Assembly: GCA_051294375.1 (NCBI GenBank)
Contig: JBJCIZ010000191.1
Coordinates: forward strand, 1 to 13,045
DNA from: Paraspadella gotoi
Lineage: Eukaryota > Animalia > Chaetognatha
Direction of reading: 5' to 3'
DNA: 13,045 nucleotides
The notes under the pieces are model-generated. The model searched no databases, was not told where the DNA came from, and saw nothing but the letters and a program-made list of their open reading frames with translations. Below, in pieces: positions 9,371 through 13,045 of this stretch. Made by a program: the position numbers and the translations under genes. Each line of letters opens with the position of its first letter. Within the stretch, counting starts at the first letter, position 1.

Positions 9371-9398
9371 ATAAACAAGATCCGTCAATCTAAATGCA

Positions 9399-9816
9399 TT
9401 GCGCTGCTGTCACGAAACTAGTAACGAACTAGTCTCAGTGGACCTCTCCTCGTCCGTTGACCCGTCAGGCTGTTACTGTGGTGACGCCGTCGTCCACTCG
9501 CCTCGTCTTCGCCGGAAGTGGGCCGGGTCTGTCCAGCGCCCCGTCGACGGTGTGAAGCCCTATGTCACTGGCTTTGTGGAAAGGTCCCGAGTCCATCACG
9601 AGAGTCTGAGGCTCCGGTCTTGTGGCCTCTTGGTGGCCCTTCAGTCTCTGGTCTTGTGGTGTACTTATGGGGCTCGTGGCCCTAACCACAGAACTACTCT
9701 AGAAAATGTTGGTAGACGTGGCATCACTGCTCCGTAAAAGGCCGTTTCGGACGGGTCTGAAGTCTGAATCTGAAAACTGTGTGACTAGAAAAGTGAAGGA
9801 AAAGGTACAGGTAAGG
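9399..9816. other. GC-rich island, possible exon (strand unresolved), mirrored at about 12395-12816
   Basis: Clearly higher GC than the surroundings, with open frames on both strands. On the minus strand a pyrimidine tract and ttttcag/ttttctag acceptor-like sites precede a frame ending ...DDGVTTVTA* (stop at 9465). On the plus strand ATG at 9706 is followed by a donor-like CAG|GTAAGG at 9810/9811. No protein family recognised. Confidence 0.25.
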
Positions 9817-11015
9817 CAAAGAAAGCAGACGAAAAAGTACAAAGGTCAAATGAAACAAGTGAACAACGGCATATCTCATCAGCTGCAGTGACTTTCTTTT
9901 TATGTGTATTTCCCTGTGATCACATGACTACATAACTAGGATATTTATGTATAACAAACATCTTATTGTGGATCACTACTCTGCAAATTTTTCATTCGAA
10001 ACAAGCAGACATTACATTACATTATTGCTCTGGCTAATGGCGTTTTTTCAAAATTTTCAAATCCTACTATAACCCTCTTCCGGCCACCTCCGTTATTGAA
10101 ACCACATCATAATTCATATCCTTGATAAAATTCCCACCTTTCTTCATTTTCTAAAGAGGAGAGAATGAAGGAAAGAAAGGGAGAGGTAACAAAAGAGAAA
10201 AGAAACAAAGATATAAAAAAAATACAAGAAAACCGAGGCAACCTCAGTAAAAAATGAAATTACCTGAATTTCTTAGGACGTCTCGCTATTTAATCTGTAT
10301 AATTAGGTGAAAATTATTACTACATCTCTGATTTTTTCAGGCAATAAAATACTACCAATTCTAATATACTTTACAAAATTTGAGTTGAAAATTCGCGTTA
10401 TTGCAGTTTTTAGAAAGGTTAAAAAAAATAGGTGTTTTTAACCATTTTTAGGGCTTTTTGGGGCTGTATTTTGTTAAGGGGTTATCCAAATTTTAAAAAA
10501 TTTATATATTTGTAATCAGTAACATTTCACCAATAGTTTGGCATAAATTTTTTTTGAAAAAATATTATTTATCAAAAAATCATATTTTGTAGTAATATAT
10601 TAAAAATAATTATTTAGTTAATAATAAAATAATTATAATTCGATTACAGGAATAAAATTGCCTATCAATCAACTATTAATTTCTATAATAAAAAGTTGAA
10701 CTAATAAATAAAAAATAAATAATAAGCTAATTATTATAATTAGCAACTATAATAAATTAATAAATAATTTTTTTTTCAGTCTAACACTTTACCATTAAAC
10801 CAAGTAATGTTAGATTAATTTTTACTGAGAAAAAAAATTATATCGTTCAAGTATTTTGAGCACAGTATGCAAATATTTTTTTTTAAAAAATGATGCTCAA
10901 AACAAAACTTCAAAATTTTTTTTTGAAATATAGAATGGGGAATAGGCAATACCGAGTTCCATCCCACACATGCACATCAAGTCATTCCTTTCATTATTAT
11001 AGAAGATATAGCTTC

Positions 11016-11191
11016 CCTGGACTTATGAAGGAAAGCCAAGACAGGTACTGTAGATTTTCCTGACGTCAAAATATATTTTCGTGCATTCTCGTGACAGGAT
11101 TAGGAGCTGACGTCGTTCTTAGAGATCGAGGAAGATTTTTCAATGGAATTTTCGTTAAAATCTGACTACCAAACAAAATAAACGCTCCTGA
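11016..11191. other. 176-bp unique spacer of the palindrome
   Basis: Arm complementarity stops at 11015/11192. The spacer is not repeated elsewhere in the window and contains TGACGTCA (11061-11068) and TGACGTCG (11108-11115). Confidence 0.9.
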
Positions 11192-12904
11192 GAAGCTATA
11201 TCTTCTATAATAATGAAAGGAATGACTTGATGTGCATGTGTGGGATGGAACTCGGTATTGCCTATTCCCCATTCTATATTTCAAAAAAAAATTTTGAAGT
11301 TTTGTTTTGAGCATCATTTTTTAAAAAAAATTTAATTTGCATACTGTGCTCAAAATACTTGAACGATATAATTTTTTTTCTCAGTAGAAATTAATCTAAC
11401 ATTACTTGGTTTAATGGTAAAGTGTTAGACTGAAAAAAAAATTATTTATTAATTTATTCATAGTTGCTAATTATAATAATTAGCTTATTATTTATTTTAT
11501 TTTATTAGTTCAACTTTTTATTATAAGAAATTAATAGTTGATTGATAGGCAATTTTATTCCTGTAATCGAATTATATTATTTTTATTATTAACTAAATAA
11601 TTATTTTTAATATATTACTAAAATATGATTTTTTGATAAATAATATTTTTTCAAAAAAAATTTATGCCAAACTATTGGTGAAATGTTATCTGATTACAAA
11701 TATATTAAATTTTTTAAATTTGGATAACCCCTTAACAAAATACAGCCCCAAAAAGCCCTAAAAATGGTTAAAAACACCTATTTTTTAAACCTTTCTAAAA
11801 ACTGCAATAAAACGCGAATTTTCAACTCAAATTTTGTTAAGTATATTAGAATTGGTAGTATTTTATTGCCTGAAAAAATCAGAGATGTAGTAATAATATT
11901 TCACCTAATTATACAGATTAAATAGCGAGACGTCCTAAGAAATTCAGGTAATTTCATTTTTTACTGAGGTTGCCTCGGTTTTCTTGTATTTTTTTTTATA
12001 CTTTGTTTTCTTTCTTCTTTTGTTACTCTCCCTTTCTTTCCTTCATTCCTCTCTCTTTAGAAATGAAGAAGGTGGAATTTTATCAAGGATAGTGAATTAT
12101 GATGTGGTTTCAATAACGGAGGTGGCCGGAAGAGGGTGGTATAGTGGATTTGAAAATTTTGAAAAAACGCCATTTAGCCAGAGCAATTATGTAATGTAAT
12201 GTCTGCTTGTTCGAATGAAACTTTGCAGAGTAGTGATCCACAATAAGATGTTTGTTATACATAAATATCCTAGTTATGTAGTCATGTGATCACAGGGAAA
12301 TACACATAAAAAGAAAGTCACTGCAGCTGATGAGATATGCCGTTGTTCACTTGTTTCATTTGACCTTTGTACTTTTTCGTCTGCTTTCTTTTGCCTTACC
12401 TGTACCTGTTTTCTTCACTTTTCTAGTCACACAGTTTTCAGATTCAGACTTCAGACCCGTCCCGAAAACGGCCCTTTTACGGAGCAGTGATGCCACGTCT
12501 ACCAACATTTTTAGAGTGGTTCTCTGTGGTTAGGGCCACGAGCCCCATAAGTACACCACAAGACCAGAGACTGAAGGGCCACCAAGAGGCCACAAGACCG
12601 GAGCCTCAGACTCTCGTGATGGACTCGGGACCTTTCCACAAAGCCAGTGACATAGGGCTTCACACCGTCGACGGGGCACTGGACAGGACCGCGCCCACTT
12701 CCGGCGAAGACGAGGCGAGTGGACGACGGCGTCACCCAGTAACAGCCTGACGGGTCAACGGACGAGGAGAGGTCCACTGAGACTAGTTCGTTACTAGTTT
12801 CGTGACAGCAGCGCAATGCATTAGATTGACGGATCTTGTTTATTTTCTTTCTTTGTTTTCTCTTTCTCTAGATCGCTCTTTCTTTCTTTTTTTCTTTCTT
12901 TTTT

Positions 12905-12968
<64 letters not shown>

Positions 12969-12987
12969 TTTTTTCTTTCTTTCTTTC
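11192..12987 (-). repeat. Right arm of long inverted repeat, ending in (TTTC)n
   Basis: Reverse complement of 9258-11015, differing mainly by single-base indels. (TTTC)n runs from about 12877 to 12987. Confidence 0.97.
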
Positions 12988-13045
12988 TATGACTATTGGT
13001 CACTATATAAAATTTGTACACAATAAAAAGAAAAAGAAATAGAAA

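Larger units (their letters stand above)
9258..11015 (+). repeat. Left arm of long inverted repeat
   Basis: Reverse complement of 11192-12987 along its whole length. The inner end '...agaagatatagcttc' pairs with 'gaagctatatcttct...' at 11192. Confidence 0.97.

Noticed and set aside
11016-11191. Missed SMRTbell adapter as the cause of the palindrome
   Set aside because: The loop is 176 bp of complex sequence with no resemblance to the ~45-nt adapter. Other chimera types remain possible.
11725-11765. Similarity of 'taacccc..cagccccaaaaagccctaaaa' to the satellite tail
   Set aside because: Too short and low in complexity to support homology.

Overview
AT-rich, eukaryote-like (probably arthropod) non-coding DNA with no recognisable protein-coding, rRNA or intact tRNA gene. 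It contains: (i) a cluster of DINE-1/Helentron-like terminal modules (2716-3065); (ii) a 25-N assembly gap followed by about 13 copies of a ~180-bp satellite, each monomer carrying a 28-bp inverted repeat around a 28-bp spacer (3965-6310); (iii) an array end that switches orientation several times (6311-6796), plus a solo collapsed monomer at 9008-9115; (iv) an 18-19-bp minisatellite between diverged direct repeats (6800-7660); (v) degenerate Pol III A/B-box motifs (8761-9185); (vi) a ~3.7-kb palindrome with ~1.76-1.8-kb arms and a 176-bp unique spacer (9258-12987), whose arms each include a GC-rich, exon-like island. Frequent single-base indels between repeat copies and the 25-N gap suggest unpolished long-read gap-fill, so some structures may be artefacts. 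Most ORFs in the supplied track fall in repeats or low-complexity sequence, and none resembles a known protein.
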